DNA of 64,000 bases, from NCBI GenBank assembly GCA_030390025.1, contig CM059438.1:69938001-70002000 (forward strand). Reading direction: 5' to 3'. The notes below the pieces were generated by a model that searched no databases, was not told the origin of the DNA, and was given only the letters and a program-made list of their open reading frames with translations. Numbering within the stretch: position 1 is the first letter of the stretch; the number at the start of each line of letters is the position of its first letter. This document shows positions 22,480 through 36,639 of the stretch, one piece after another. The position numbers and the translations under genes are program-made. This DNA comes from Squalus acanthias. Its lineage: Eukaryota.

Positions 22480-25400
22480 CCCTTAACTTAATCTAGATCA
22501 AGTAAGTAAAGAAACTACACTGTAAACTAAGTTACTTAATTACAAATTTAATTAAATAAAACAAGGTCATATAGGGATAGCAGTGCAGGTGGTGTGCCAC
22601 AACTGCACCATGTGGGAGTTTGTGGAGAGCATTGTGATCCCAGAAAACCACGTTTGCAGTAAGTGCCTGCATCTTGAGGAACTTCAGCTCAGAGTTTTTG
22701 AGCTGGAGTCTGAGGTACAGACATTGCGGGGCATCAGGGATGGGGAGAGTTACCTGGACACTTTGATCCAGGAGGCAGTCACACCCCTTAGGTTAGGTAG
22801 TGGTACAGGTCTGGTTAGTGGTCAGGGACAGGAGGGTGTGACTGCAGCTCAGGCAGGTAAGGGGACCAAAGGTGCAGTGCTGGAGGAGCCTCAGCCTTTG
22901 CCCTTGTCCAACAGGTATGAGGTTCTTGCTGCCTTTGTGGATGAGGGAAAAGCCTGCAGGATGGATGAGCAAGCTGACCATGGTGCAGGAGGCCATTCAA
23001 GTGGGGGGAGTGAAAGGGAATGTAGTTGTGGTAGGGGACAGTATAGTCAGGGGGATAGATACTGTTCTCTGCAGCCGCGACCGAGAGTTCCGAAGATTGT
23101 GTTGCCTTCCCGGTGCCAGGGTTAAAGACATCTCCTCGCTGCTGGAGAAGAACTTGGAGTGTGAGGGGGAGGATCCAGTTGTCATGGTCCACGTAGAAAC
23201 CAACGACATAGGTAGAACTAGGAATGAGGTTCTGCTGAGGGAGTTTGAGGAGCTAGGATCCAAATTAAAAAGCAGAACCTCAAAGGTAATAATCTCTGGA
23301 TTGTTATCTGAGCCATGTGCAAATTGGCATAGGGACAAACAGATTAGAGGTTTAAATGCGTGGCTCAAAGAGTGGAGTGGGAGGAAGGTGCTTCAGTTCA
23401 TGGGGCACTGGCACCAGCACTGGGGAAAGAGGGAGCTGTTCCGTTGGGACGGGCTCCACTTAAACCGGGCTGAGACCAGTGTCCTGGCAAACCGAATAAC
23501 TAGGGCAGTAGATTGGGCTTTAAACTAATGATGGGGTGGTGGGAGGATTCAGGAAAGAGTAAATTTAAAAGCAGTGAGAGAAATGTCAAGGCTCTAGAGC
23601 AGAGTAGAGTTTTGAGTAAAAATAAGCAGAGTGGGTCAGGAAGGGACAGAGAGAGTAACAAAGGTAATAAGGCATCAGTGACTAAGTTGACATCAGGGAA
23701 AAATAGAAATATGTCAAAGCTAAAGGCACTATATCTGAATGCGCGAAGCATTCACGACAAAATAGATGAATTAATAGTGCAGATATAATTTAACAGGTTT
23801 GATCTAATAGCCATAACGGAAACGTGGTTGCAAAGTGACCAAGGTTGGAAACTAAATATTCCAGGATACTTAACTTTTAGAAGAGATAGGCAAAATGGAA
23901 AAGGAGGTGGGGTAGCCCTGATAAATAAAGGATGGGATAAAGACAGTCAAGAGAAAGGATCTTAGCTCCGAAAATCAAGAAGTAGAATCAGTTTGAGTGA
24001 AGCTAAGAAAGAGCAAGGGGCAGAAAACATTGGTTGTTTATCGGCCCCCAAACAGTAGTTGTAATGTAGGGCAGAGCATAAATCAGGAAATTAGAGGCGC
24101 ATGTAACAAGGGTAATACAGTAATCATGGGGGACTTTAATCTACATATAGACTGGGCAAACCAAATTTGCAGTAATAGTGTGGAGGATGAATTCATGGAA
24201 TGTATGCAAGATAGTTTTCTAGATCAGTCTGTTGAGGAACCAACTAGGGAATGGGCTATTTTAGATATAGTATTGTGCAATGAGAAAGGGTTAATTAATA
24301 ACCTTGTAGTAAAGGGGTCTTTAGGGAAGAGTGACCATAATATGATAAAATTTTACATTGAGTTTGAAAGTGATTTAGTTAAATCCGAAACTAGGGCCTT
24401 AAATCTCAACAATGCAAATGACGTAGGTATGAGGGGCGAGTTGGCTAGGGTAGATTGGGAAACTACATTAAACTACATGGTAGACAAGCAATGCCTAGCA
24501 TTTAAAGAATTAATACATAATTTACAACAAATATACATTCCTTTAAGGCACAAAACCCCCACAGGAAAAGTGGTCCAACCGTGGCTAACAAGAGAAGTTA
24601 AAGATAGTATTAGATGAAAAGAAGAGGCTGATAATGTTGCCAAAAAGAGTAGTAAGCCTGAGGATTGGGAGGATTTTAGAATTCAGCAAAGGAGGACCAA
24701 GAAATTGATAAAGAAAGGGAAAATAGAATATGAGAGTAAACTAGCGAGAGACATCAAAACAGACTGTAAAAGCTTCGAAAGGTATGTAAATAGGAAAAGA
24801 TTAGCAAAAGTAAATGTGGGTCCCTTACAGGCTGAGACAGGAGAAATTATAATGGGGAATAAGGAAATGGCAGAGAAATTAAACAAATACTTTGTATCTG
24901 TCTTCATGGAAGAAGACGCAAAAAACTTCCCTGAAATAGTGGAGAACCAGAGCTCCAGCGAGAATGAGGAACTGAAGGAAATTAGTATTAGTAAAAAAAA
25001 TAGTTCTGGTGAAATAAATGGGACGGAAAGCCAATAAATCTCCAGAACCTGATGGCCCGCATCCTCGGGTTTTGAAAGAGGTGGCTATAGAGACAGTGGA
25101 TGCATTGGTTGTCATTTTCCAAAATTCCATAGATTCCAGAACTGTTCCCGCGGATTGGAAGGTAGCAAATGTAACCCCACTATTTAAGAAAGGAGGGAGA
25201 GAGAAAACGGGGAACTGCAGACCAGTTAGCCTGACATCAATAGGAGGGAAAATGGTCAAAACTATTATTAAGGACGTGGTAACAGGGCACTTAGAAAATA
25301 ATAATAGGATTGGGCAGAGTCAACATGGATTTATGAAAGGGAAATCGTGTTTGGCAAGTCTGTTGGAGTTTTTTGAGGTTGTAACTAGCAGAATAGATAA

Positions 25401-26607
25401 GGGGGAACCAATGGATGTGGTATATGTGAATTTTCAGAAAGCATTCGATAAGGTGCCACTCAAGAGGTTACTAAACAAAATTAGGGCTCATGGGATTGGG
25501 TAATATACTAGCATGGATTGAGGATTGGGTAATGGACAGAAAACAGAGAGTAGGAATAAATGGGTCATTTTCGGGTTGCCAGGCTGTAACAAGTGGGGTA
25601 CCGCAAAGATCAGTGCTTGGGCCTCAGCTATTCACAAGCTACATCAATGATTTGGATGAGGCGACCAAATGTAATATATCCAAGTTTGCAGATGATACAA
25701 AGCTGAGTGGGAATGTAAGTTGTGAGGGGGATGCAAGGAGACTTCAAGAGGATATAGACAGGCTAAGTGAGTAGGCAAGAACATGGCAAATGGAATATAA
25801 TGTGGAGAAATGTGAAGTTATCCACTTTGTTAGGAAAAATAGAGCAGAGTATTTTTTAAATGGTGAGTGATTGGGAAATGTTGGTGTTCAGAGGGATCTG
25901 GGTGTCCTTGTACATGAATCACTGAAAGTTAACATGCAGGTACAGCAAGCAATTAGGAAAGCAAATGGTATGTTGGCCTTTCTTACAAGAGGATTTGCAT
26001 ATAAGAGTAAAGACGTCTTACTGCAATTATATAGGGCCCTGGAGAGACCACACCTGGAGTATTGTGTACAGTTTTGGTCTCCTTACCGAAGGAAGGATAT
26101 ACTTGCCATTGAGGGAGTGCAACAAAGGTTCACCAGACTCATTCCTGGGATGGAGGGATGGTCCTATGGGGAGAGATTGAGTAGATTAGGCCTATATTCT
26201 CTGGAGTTTAGAAGAATGAGAGGTGATATAATTGAAACATACAAAATTCTTACAGGACTTGACAGGGTAGATGCAGGGAGGATGTTTCCCCTGGCTGGGA
26301 AGTCGAGAACCAGGGGCCACAGTCTCAGAATAAGGGGTCGGCCATTTAGGACTGAGATGAGGAGAAATTTTTTCACTCAGAGGGTGGTGAATCTTTGGAA
26401 TTCTCTACCCCAGAGGGCTGTGGAGGCTCAGTCGTTAAGTATATTCAAGACAGAGATGGATAGATTTTTGAATATTAAGGGAATCAAGGGATATGGGGAT
26501 AGTGCAGGAATGTGCAGATGAGGTAGAAGCTCAGCCATGATCTTATTGAATGGCGGTGCAGGCACGAAGGGCCAAATGGCCTACTCCTGCTCCTATTTCT
26601 TATGTTC
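22480..26607 (+). mobile_element. Near full-length CR1 LINE, ORF1 and ORF2 disrupted
   Basis: ORF1: CHNC..CSKC zinc finger, coiled coil, GDSIVRG SGNH esterase, frameshift near 22980. ORF2: GDFN, SDHN, QHGF, FADDTK with several stops and frameshifts. 3' end CCTACTCCTGCTCCTATTTCTTATG. Confidence 0.92.
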
Positions 26608-27639
26608 AGAGGATATGGTAATACTGAGAATTGGGAGACCTTGATGTTTGGCAGCCATGGGTAGAGAGGAGATGTTGGGATTTTGGAAACTGGGAGGAAA
26701 GATCCTGGAGTTGGCAGCATTGAAGGTGGGGTCAGGGGGTTTGGCAGCATTGAGTAGAAAGAAGATGTTGAGGTTTAACGGAACACAGAAAGGTGAAATT
26801 TTGTGCTTCAATAACAGTATTGAAAGGGGAGAATTAGGGTTTGGGAGCAGTAGGGGGGGGGGAAATCTAGTATTCAGAAATAACGAGCACAGCTGCATAA
26901 TTTAATGTTTTATTCAAACAGTAATTCTCAGGAATTCTTAACTATGAACTAAAGAAAACCACAGCTAATATAAATAACCTGTTTTTGTCTATCTCTCTCT
27001 CTTTCTCTCCTGGGTCGAGACACCCTGAAGTAAAGAAAAACAAGCTTTATTAAAAAATGTTTTCTTGTGAAACTTTCAGTTTAAATTAAAATCTTCTTAG
27101 ATTCATATTTCAGCTTGTTTTTAAATTATTCAGAAAACCAAACTGAAACAGGATTACAGCTTAAGCAAAAATTTGCTTTAATATTTGTACGATATGCAAA
27201 CAATAATTGCTGCTGACATCTCGGTGTATAAAAAAACACAGGTGGTGTAATCACTCCCTCTCTTGGCTTAAAAGAAAGCATTTGATAAATTAGTTCAAAT
27301 CTGAATCTTAAGCTGGAAAATGCTTTCAAAATTCCAAATTGAGCCACTTCTTCAATTTATTTGAAAAAAAAACTCCTCAAATCTTACAACAGCATAAGAA
27401 GAGATCTGTTTCAAGTTGCACACTGGTGGGATCATGCTGGGAAATGTTGCAACTGCTCAGACTGCAGGATCCTGGGGATTGCAGAAACAGGTTTAACTTC
27501 AGCTAACTTCAAGCCCAAGTTTTTGAGAGACTGAAGCCTTCAGGTAAACATATTAATAAAGATACAAAAAATAACTATGTTAGTAAGTCTAATCATGTTA
27601 TTGTGAAATAATTATTTAGTGTGTTTATCATGCAAAGTA

Positions 27640-28758
27640 TATGGAAGGTGTCATCGACAGTGCTATCAAGCGGCGCTTACTCACCAATAACCTGCTCACT
27701 GATGCCCAGTTTGGGTTCCACCAAGACCACTCGGCTCCCGACCTCATTACAGCCTTGGTCCAAACGGACAAAGGAGCTGAATTCCAGAGGTGAGGTGAGA
27801 GTGACTGCCCTTGACATCAAGGCAGCATTTGACCAAGTCTGGCATCAAGGAGCCCTAGTAAAACTGAAGTCAATGGGAATCGGGGCGGGGGGTGGGCGAG
27901 GGACTCTCCACTGGCTGGAGTCATACCTAGCACAAAGGAAGATGGTTGTGGTGGTTGAATGTCAATCATCACAGCCCCAGGACATCGCTGCAGGAGTTCC
28001 TCAGGGCAGTGTCCTAGGCCCAAACATCTTCAGCTGCTTCATCAATGACCTTCCCTCCAACATAAGGTCAGAAATGGGGATGTTCACTGATGACTGCACA
28101 GTGTTCAGTGCCATTCACAACTCCTCAGATAATGAAGCAGTCCATGCCCGCATGCAATAAGACCTGGATGACTTTCAGGCTAGGGCTGATAAGTGGCAGG
28201 TAACATTCGCGCCACAGAAGTGCCAGGCAATGACTATCTCCAACAAGCGAGAGTCTAACCACCTCCCCTTGACATTCAACGGCATTACCATCGCCAAATG
28301 CCACATCATCAATATCCTGGGGGTCACCATTAACCAGAAACTTAACTGTGGCAACAAGAGCACGTCAGAGGCTAGGTATTCTGCGGCAAGTGTCTAATCT
28401 CCTGACTCCCGAAAGCCTTTCCACCATCTATAAGGCACAAGTAAGGAGTGTAAAGGAATACTCTCCACTTGCCTGGATGAGTGCAGCTCCAACAACACTC
28501 AAGAAGCTCAACACCATCCAGGACAAAGCAGCCCGCTTGATTGGCACCCCATCCACTACCTTAAACATTCACTCCCTCCACCACCGGCGTACCGTGACTG
28601 CAGTGTGTACCATCTACAAGATGCACTGCAGCAACTCGCCAAGGCTTCTTCGGCAGCACCTCCCAAACCCGCGACCTCTTCCACCTAGAAGGACAAGGGC
28701 AGCAGGCGCATGGGAACACCACCACCTCCAAGTTCCCCTCCAAGTCACACACCATCCT
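27640..28758 (+). mobile_element. L2/Crack-type LINE RT fragment
   Basis: ALDIKAAFD, GVPQGSVLGP, FTDDCT, TIYKAQVRS motifs. Confidence 0.85.
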
Positions 28759-28764
28759 GTACTC

Positions 28765-29375
28765 TCCTGCCAGTGGAAACAATTTTTTCCTATTGAAACC
28801 CCTCATAATTTTGAATACCTCTATTAAGTCTCCCCTCAACCTTCCCTGCTCTAAGGAGAAAAATCCCAGCTTCTCTAGTCTCTCCACATAATTGAAGTCT
28901 GTCAGCCCTAGTACCATTCCAGTAAATCTCGTCTGCACGCTTCCCATGGCCTTGACATCCTTCCTAAAGTGTAGTTTCCAGAATTGGACACAATACCCTA
29001 TAAATATGCCTCTATTTATAAAGCACAGAATCCTGTATGCTTTTTTTTTAAAACAGCCTCATCAACTTGTCCTGCCACCTTCAAAGATTTGTGTATGTGA
29101 ACTCCCAGGTCTCTCTGTTCCTGCATCCCCTTTAAAATTGTACCATTTAGTTTATATTGCCTCTCCTCATTTTTCCTTCTGAAATGCATCGCTTCACACG
29201 TCTCTGCAGTAAATTTCATCTGCCATGTGTCTGCCCATTTCACCAGTCTGACTCTGTCCTCCTGGAGTCTTTTACTATCCTCCTCACTGTTTACTATATT
29301 TCCAAGCTTTGTGTCATCTACAAACTGCACTTCTGGCCCTTATACCCAAATCCAGGTCATTAGTATATATCAAAA
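28765..29375 (-). mobile_element. CR1 RT C-terminal fragment, abutting the L2-type fragment
   Basis: FVDDTKLG, RDLGVHIHKSLK, RLRGDLIEVFKIM. Confidence 0.85.
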
Positions 29376-29854
29376 AGAGTAGTGGTCCTCCTTCATTTTT
29401 ACTTGGCTTTTAAACTCTTTATTATCCATGGCATCCCAAAACTATTGATTGTTCCCTTCCTCTTCAATGGAATATTATTCTGTACCTTTGCAATTGCTTT
29501 TTTAAAAACATCCCACTATTGCTCTGCAGTCCTGTGTGCCAATTTTTCTTTCCACCTCACCTCAGCGAGCTCACTCATTACCTTTCTAAAACCTAATCCA
29601 ATCTGTTGTTCTAGTCTTTCTACTGACTTTTTCCCTTTCCAGTTGGATCTTAAACCTCATCATATTGTGGTCACTACTCTCCCGAGGTGCTCATCTACCA
29701 GATCTATTTCATTACTCATAAGATCCAGCCACACCTTTGCCCTTGTAGTCCTACTAACGTTCTGGTGATTGCACCAGAATGAGGGTGCAGCATTTTTAAC
29801 TTCAATGCAAATGGGCCCCAAGTGACATCATATGGGTTTGTGCCCAGATTTACA

Positions 29855-30610
29855 TAGAATATACAACAGTTTATACTCCACACGAGTCTTATCCCATTCC
29901 ATCTACCTCATCTCAGCCTTTCAGCATATCTTTCTATTCCTTTATCTGTCATGTTCTCGTCTAGTTTCCTTCTGAAAGCATCTAAGCTATTTGCCTCAGC
30001 CACTTCCTGTGGCAACGAGTTCCACATTCTAACCACTCTCTGAGTAAAGACATTTCTCCTTATTTTCCTATTGGATTTATTCGTAACTGTCTTGCATTTA
30101 TGGCCCCTAGTTTTGGATTCTCCCACAAGTGGAAACATTCTCTCCACATCTAGCCTGTCCAACCCATTCATAATTTTAAAGACCTCTATCAGGCCACCTC
30201 TAATTCTTCTCTTTTCCAAAGAAAAAAGCTCCAACCAGTTCAATCTTTCCCGAGAGCTGTAATCTCTCAGGTCTGGTACCATCCTTGTAAATCTTTTTTG
30301 CACTTTCTCCAGTGCTTCTGTGTCCTTTTTATAGTATGGAGATCAGAACTGTGCACAGTACTTGTGTGCGGCCTGACCATGGTCCTATACAAGTTTAACA
30401 TAACTTCACTATTTTTGAATTCTATACCCCAAGAAATAAATGCTTTGCTGATCTGCGATGCTGCTTTTAATGATTTGTTCACTTGTATCCCTAGATCAGT
30501 TTGCTCTTTTACCCCATTCAGTTTCTTGTTTTCTAAGGTGTAGGTGATGTTTCTGTTTTACACCTACTCACATTTATCTATGTTAAAGTTAATTTGTCAC
30601 TTAACTGCCC
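29855..30610 (-). mobile_element. CR1 3' fragment
   Basis: QKRFTRMVP..FSLEKRRIRGGLIEVFKIM..FTQRVVRMWNSLP. Confidence 0.85.
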
Positions 30611-30921
30611 AGTATACTCCGTTTCGGGCAAACATAGACTCTCCCTGTGTGGGGTTTATGTAAGTGGGGTGTGTCCTTCAGGGAGAGAGTGTGCACTCCA
30701 CATCGAACAGAGACTCTCTGTGGGTTTTTCAGTAGTTTGGTTCGGAGATTCTGATTTGATGGAGATGGATTTTGAGGTGTCGCTCAGATCTATGGATAAC
30801 CAAAAATTAATTGCATACAACAAAACAATTCAGCATGTTGTTCCACATACTTCTCACTGATGAGTATTACATTTAGCACAGTGCAGTTCATGACCCATAT
30901 TACCTGCACCTGCCTCTCCTC

Positions 30922-31002
30922 CTGCACCAAGATGGCGGTTGCACCTGCATCTACTGCATGAAGATGGTGGCCGCACCTGCATCGCATCCTGCACCAAGAT
31001 GG
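30922..31002 (+). repeat. Short degenerate minisatellite (~2.5 copies, ~32-35 bp)
   Basis: CTGCACCAAGATGGCGGTTGCACCTGCATC / CTGCATGAAGATGGTGGCCGCACCTGCATC / CTGCACCAAGATGG. Confidence 0.6.
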
Positions 31003-31284
31003 TTAGGGGCAGACAACCCCTATGAAAATTGCTGTGACAGCTTCCTGTGCTGGCAGACCATAGGAAAATCTGCCCTCTTTTTGCATTATTTCTAGTTGCT
31101 GAGTGCACGCATCCCTGTTTTTCTGCCACAACCTATGTGCATCTAATGTAATGTTATACTTTTAATAATTAGATTATAGTTAATTGTTCTTTCAACTAAT
31201 CATGTTATCACATTGTTAACCAATCTGCACCAGCAGATCACGCACATTTGATTTGTACACTGCCACAGGAAAGGCTCCAGGGTA

Positions 31285-31556
31285 TAATTGACAAAAGAAC
31301 CGGGGGAGATGAGGAAAACATTTTTTTATGCTGCGAGTTTTGATGATCTGAAATGCATTGCCTGAAAGTATGGTGGAAGCAGACTCAATAGTAACTTTCA
31401 AAAGGGAATTGAATATATACTGGAAAAGGAAAGATTTGAAGGGCAATGGAGAAAAAGCAGGGGAGTGGGACTAATTGAATAGCTCTTTCAAAGAGCCAGC
31501 ACAGGCACAACGGACCAAATGGCCTCCTTCTGTGTTGAGAAATTCTATGATTCTAT
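31285..31556 (+). mobile_element. CR1 3' end fragment
   Basis: Same family as 45060-45332; ends ATTCTATGATTCTATG. Confidence 0.8.
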
Positions 31557-31592
31557 GCATATATAGATTCTTGTAGTAATCGTAATGTTAAA

Positions 31593-31732
31593 AGCAGGTT
31601 GTTGTTTACTTGTTTGATACCCTGTCTGTCGATTTAACTGTCAAGCCCTTGTTGCAATGCTTGTTTCTACCAACTATATTTAGCTTCCATTTTAATGTGC
31701 ATTTTAAATGATAAAAGAATACTTACATGGTT
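31593..31732. repeat. Local direct duplication, copy 1 (copy 2 at 33751-33901)
   Basis: Shared ATTTAACTGTCAAGCCCTTGTTGCAATGCTTGTT..ACTATATTTAGCTTCCATTTTAAT..TTTAAATGATAAAAGAAT.CTTAC. Confidence 0.85.
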
Positions 31733-32393
31733 AGCTTATGAAAGACAGCCTTGGCATAGGATGTCTGACTTGAGCTGATAACAGAGGCTGTGCCTTCTTC
31801 CCCCCCAAGTTGTCACAGTAACAGTAGCCGCAAAATACGAAAGTTGGTAACATCAACAAAATGAAATTATCCCCTGACTTATCAGGTATTCTCAGCACAA
31901 ACAAGAGTTCAGTTACATTTTAAGCACCTGCCCCAATTCCACAGGGAGAAATGTTTGAATCATGATAGAGATTATTAAATGTCTAAAGCCGTAACGATTT
32001 GAAAATAAAAATAAACTTGGGTTCATACGACTGAGGAATAATGTCTGGCACACAGTGCCATTGACATTAATTTGAGTTGCCATGGCCAGGAATGGCACCA
32101 AATCATATTATTTCTCAGCCTTGACAGATTTGCTTGGAAATAATAGCAAGAGCTATTGAATAAATGCCGTGTTCAATCTTGCCTGTGAAAGAAATAAATA
32201 TCAGTGTGAGCAAAAGTGAAACGACTCTCCTGAGGGATGGAGATGTTTTTCTGCAGGCATTGATCATGCGATTGATCAATGAGACCGTGTATACGCCTGA
32301 TCTCTCAGCTCTTTGTTTTCCCTGCCACTGATTAACTGTAAAACTTCTGCCCGGTGGAGTTTGCAGTCCTTTCAGTGCTTGAGCAGAAATTAT

Positions 32394-33217
32394 GGGGGTA
32401 ATTTTATCCGCCCAAAAGCGGGTTTGGGTCGGGTGGGAAGTTAAAATGTAAAAAATCTCAAACCTGAACTCAACCTGCCCACTTCCGGTGGGACGTGGCG
32501 GGCCACCAACCCGCTCCCAGGAGGTGGGTTGTTCATTTAAATATTTTAATGATTCTGCGTGCCTCAGATTTTATCTGTGTTTCAGGCTTAACACTGGCTT
32601 CCCGGGCCTCAGGAAATCCGGCAGGTAATGGGAGGCGAGGACTGCTGCATGGAACAGGTAAGTGCTTTGCCAGGAGGAGCAGGAGTGCTTCTCCCCGGTC
32701 CAGCAAGAAAACCTGTAAACCACGCCAGTGATCGGACCACCCCCCGCCCCCCTACCGCCGCGCGATCACCGACTCTCCTCTGACCCCCCTCATCTTTCCC
32801 TCTGACCTGCCGATCTCTCTCTGTCCCCCATCTCTCCCTCCGATCTCTCCGCGACCTCTCGATCTCTTTCCGACCCCCCCTCTGATCTCACTCCAACCCT
32901 CCCCGCGTTCATCCCTCGACCCTCCAGCGTGTTACACTGAACCCACGCCCACCCCCTCGTGCTCTCCAAATCAAGCAGCAGGAAACTTACCTGCTCCTGG
33001 GCTGCGGCCTCTTCTGCAGCGTTCCCCACTCGACAGGCAGCCAAGCCTGTCAACCAGGCTGGCTTCCGGGTGAGGAACCTGTTTTTAAAAAAAAAACACA
33101 CACGCCATGGAATTAAAACTCCACGGCGTTCGGGGAAACCCGGACTTCCAGGTTTCCTGACCAGAGCTCCTTTCCCCCCGTCCCCCCCCCCACCCTCCTG
33201 CTTGGAAATCCTGTCCC
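32394..33217. mobile_element. GC-rich Harbinger-like non-autonomous element
   Basis: Starts GGGGGTAATTTT, ends GAAATCCTGTCCC; internal similarity to 16298-16962; weak TIR match. Confidence 0.45.
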
Positions 33218-34603
33218 AGTAAATATTAGGGACATTATTGTGGCCAAGATGTGATGTTTCTTTAAACCACTGATATTAATGTTTTGATGTCTAAAAACAG
33301 TACACAGAAATTGGAATTGAAAAGCATTTTGACTGAGTGTTTGAAAAAAAGCAGGTAGAATGAACAGATTTGCTTGTTTAAAAATGGACGCTCATGGAAA
33401 TCTATAGCAGATCTGTCAGCATAAGACAGAAAAAAAACATATTAATGTTTGGGTGTGGCCCTTCATTAGATTTGCTGAATGTGCAGAACCGCAGTCTGAG
33501 GTTGGTCATGGTTCCCGTTTCCAATGGTTTTACTTCAACTCGCACAATCAAAATGTGGGTTTGAGGTCGGCCTAACTTAGCCGAATTTCAGTTGCGCTGA
33601 TAAAAGTTGCTGGGCGGGAAGGTTGGGTTTAGAAATGAGTGTAAACAAAGAAAACTTTGGAGGGAGAGTTTGAGGGGGTGGCATCGAATTATATCAATTA
33701 TAATGGAATAACTTGGGAAGAAACGTGGAAATTCGGAATGTGTGTTTAATAGCATGTTGTTATTTACTTGTAACTTTTCAGAGATTTATTACCCTGTCTA
33801 AATTTAACTGTCAAGCCCTTGTTGCAATGCTTGTTATACCGACTATATTTAGCTTCCATTTTAATATGCAGTTTAAATGATAAAAGAATTCTTACCTGGT
33901 TGTACTTACGTGGGGAGGAAATATGTAGAGATGGAACCTAAGCAGAAGAAACATATCTATCATAACATTAGAAGTTTTGCATACAGGACACACTTCCTGC
34001 CACACACTTTTGTTGATAACACCCCTATTGTTATAAAACAGAACATAGTCCAACTCATTGTGAGCAACAGCATCGGAGATATACTAGCCGCTATATAAAA
34101 ACCATACACAGACAGCAAATAAATCATGTCAGAAGAGTAGCAGAGATGAAGAGAAATTATGGCAAAGAGAGAAAATGGAAAATTAATGAGACAAAGATGG
34201 CAAAATTGAAATAAATAGGGCACAAAACAATGATTCGAAGCAAATAATAGAGTTAAACTGCAAGAGCGAGAGGTATGAAAACTGAGTTGGTGGAAAAAAG
34301 GAGGAAAACTGAAAGTTGGAACAGGCAACGGACAGATACCAGAAGAAGTGATTCATAAAGGAAGAGGTAGAAAGAGTTCATAATATCACAACTTAACTTC
34401 AGAAGAAGAAGGCCTTAATGTTCATTTGCTTGTATTCTCCCAGATACCAGACTTTTAGGTTAGATATTCTTCTTGGGTTCAGCCTGACTGCCCACTCTTA
34501 TAAGTGGACTTCGGGTCCCCTACAACCTCAAGTGCGCCATTTGCCTGCACAATATTAATGTAAACAATAACGGTACCGGAGATCAAACAAAGAACCCTTG
34601 GTA

Positions 34604-34990
34604 ACAACAGAAAACGCTGAAAAACTCAGCAGGCCAGGCAGCATCCATGGAGAGAGAAACAGAGTTAACGTTTCAGGTCGAAGACCTTTCGTCAGAACTG
34701 GAAAAAAGCAGGAAATTAAATAGATTTAAAGCAAGGATAAAGCTGGGAAAAGGGGGAGGGGATGAAAGAACAAAAGGAGAGATTAAGAGACATAGAGAGA
34801 CATTAAGAGATGATCAAGGCAAGAGGAGATGTTAATGTGACAGGTTGAGGCTAAAAGAAGTGTGAAATGCACTGGCAGAATGAAGGACAGCTGCCAGCTT
34901 CAGGGAGAAAAAAGAAGGGGGGGGCAAACAAAAGGGTGGATGAAAAAATATAAATATGATAGGGGTTGAGGTTATGATCTAAAATTGTTG
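34604..34990 (-). mobile_element. PLE-associated repeat (second family) carrying a hammerhead
   Basis: Near-identical over ~200 bp to 45438-45686; related to 18749-19086. Confidence 0.7.
34663..34699 (-). ncRNA. Minimal type-I hammerhead ribozyme motif
   Basis: AGUU-CUGACGA-A-AGGUC(UUC)GACCU-GAA-ACGU-U-AACU. Confidence 0.8.
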
Positions 34991-36446
34991 AACTCTTGGT
35001 ACTGTTCTCGGATTAGTGTAATATTCTACATGGTACCACGTGCCCTCCTTGTCATCAGTAGGCAGATGGAACATCTAATCTATCAGACCGAGGCTCAGAC
35101 TATAAACCAACAGACAAATTTATTTAACATAGAACAGGTAAATGAACAGTCTTCAGTACAAACAATATGTGTTGCAATAATATACACTTCATTATTTTGC
35201 TCAATATATCAGATACAGCAAAAATGCTTCTCCTGAGCTATTTCTCAACATAAAATTGCTCATTAAAAATAGTCATTCACTTGTACATGGAGAAACACTT
35301 TCACAGAGCTAAATCTGTCACCATTTTTACTGTTGACTTCAGAGTGACTAATGAGCTGAGTACAGGTATCCCAAAATAAACCCATGGTTGGAATTCACTG
35401 GGCACAGAGTTATTGTTAAAAGGACGAGGAATAATCATTTGCACAGCATCTACTCACAGCTCTGACCCACATCTCCAGCTCAGACATAGCTTTCAATCAA
35501 AACCATTGCCCCTGGATGGTATGATGCATTGATCTGTGCCAGTTAACTTGCGCAATCTGTTCAAGAGCCTGTGAAGACATGCCAAAACAAAGGCCATTAA
35601 CACAGTGAAACTCTCATGACCATTCAAACAATACTTCAAAAAGAGACACAGCATAGTAATCCTTAGACTGAAATACTGCTCTAACCAATTTGATTGTCAC
35701 ATATTTGCAATAGCATTTTAGAAGACAATGTCATCAACCGTAGACTTACCTATTGTTGCCCATATTGAGAACCTACCTAAGTGTAGAGCAGTTACATATC
35801 AATAGGACTGGTCATTGTAAGTGAACGTGGGCTAACCCTTTGTGTCATGACCAGTGAGAAATAAACAATTGAGCATGGACCAAAATTTTAGTCACATCAA
35901 TCACCATCTGTGTAAAGAAATGCTCCCTGGCATATATCTTAAACCATCCCTTCACAGCCATGAACCTCATTTTGAACAATTTGCTGTATGGATTTGTTTT
36001 CAGTCCAGATTTTTATTCGCAGAATGTCTGCACTCCCATTTCAACACAGGGGCTGATTAGTGTGAAGGCCGACAGCAAATACAGGACCTCATGTTAATAT
36101 GTGGCTCCCAGTAAAACTCACCATAATCACGTAAACCTGAATACCACCGCAGGATGGAAATATTCTAGCAATTAAAAATGCTGGCAGAAGGGGTCAAGGC
36201 AGAGTTGGCAGATTTAATGGATCGGGGTGGGTGTGAGGCAAATGTTCTTGGTGCCCAGGGCCCTAAGAATTCCTAATCCGGCTCTGGTTCATGATCAGTT
36301 GCAAAATATGAGCTAAATACAACACATCACCCGTCAAGCAATGGAAAGACGTAGAAAATTACAAGTCAACGACAGCACATGGATAATGTACCATAATGAT
36401 AGACAAGGAGAAGAAATTATGTCTTAAAACCTGTTATTCCGTGTAA

Positions 36447-36639
36447 GGGGTGATTTTCTGACTTCAGAATTTTGGCGGGGAGCACATGTCAGAAATTTGA
36501 GCATACTTTGCCCATGATCTTTCAACAGTTAACTTTAATGGTCAGAAAAATGCGCACGACGAGCACTCAAATTTCTGATGCACATTTCTGGCAGGCAGAG
36601 CTTCTCGCCAAAACAGCACAAAGTCAAAAAAATTATCCC
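36447..36639. mobile_element. Small MITE
   Basis: GGGGTGATTTTCTGACTT / AAGTCAAAAAAATTATCCC imperfect TIRs; internal inverted TCAGAAATTTGAG / CTCAAATTTCTGA. Confidence 0.55.

Noticed and set aside
30619..30685. Possible hammerhead with long helix II (minus strand CUGAAGG..CCGAAACG)
   Set aside because: The core deviates from CUGANGA, the UH site is absent and the helices are not convincing.
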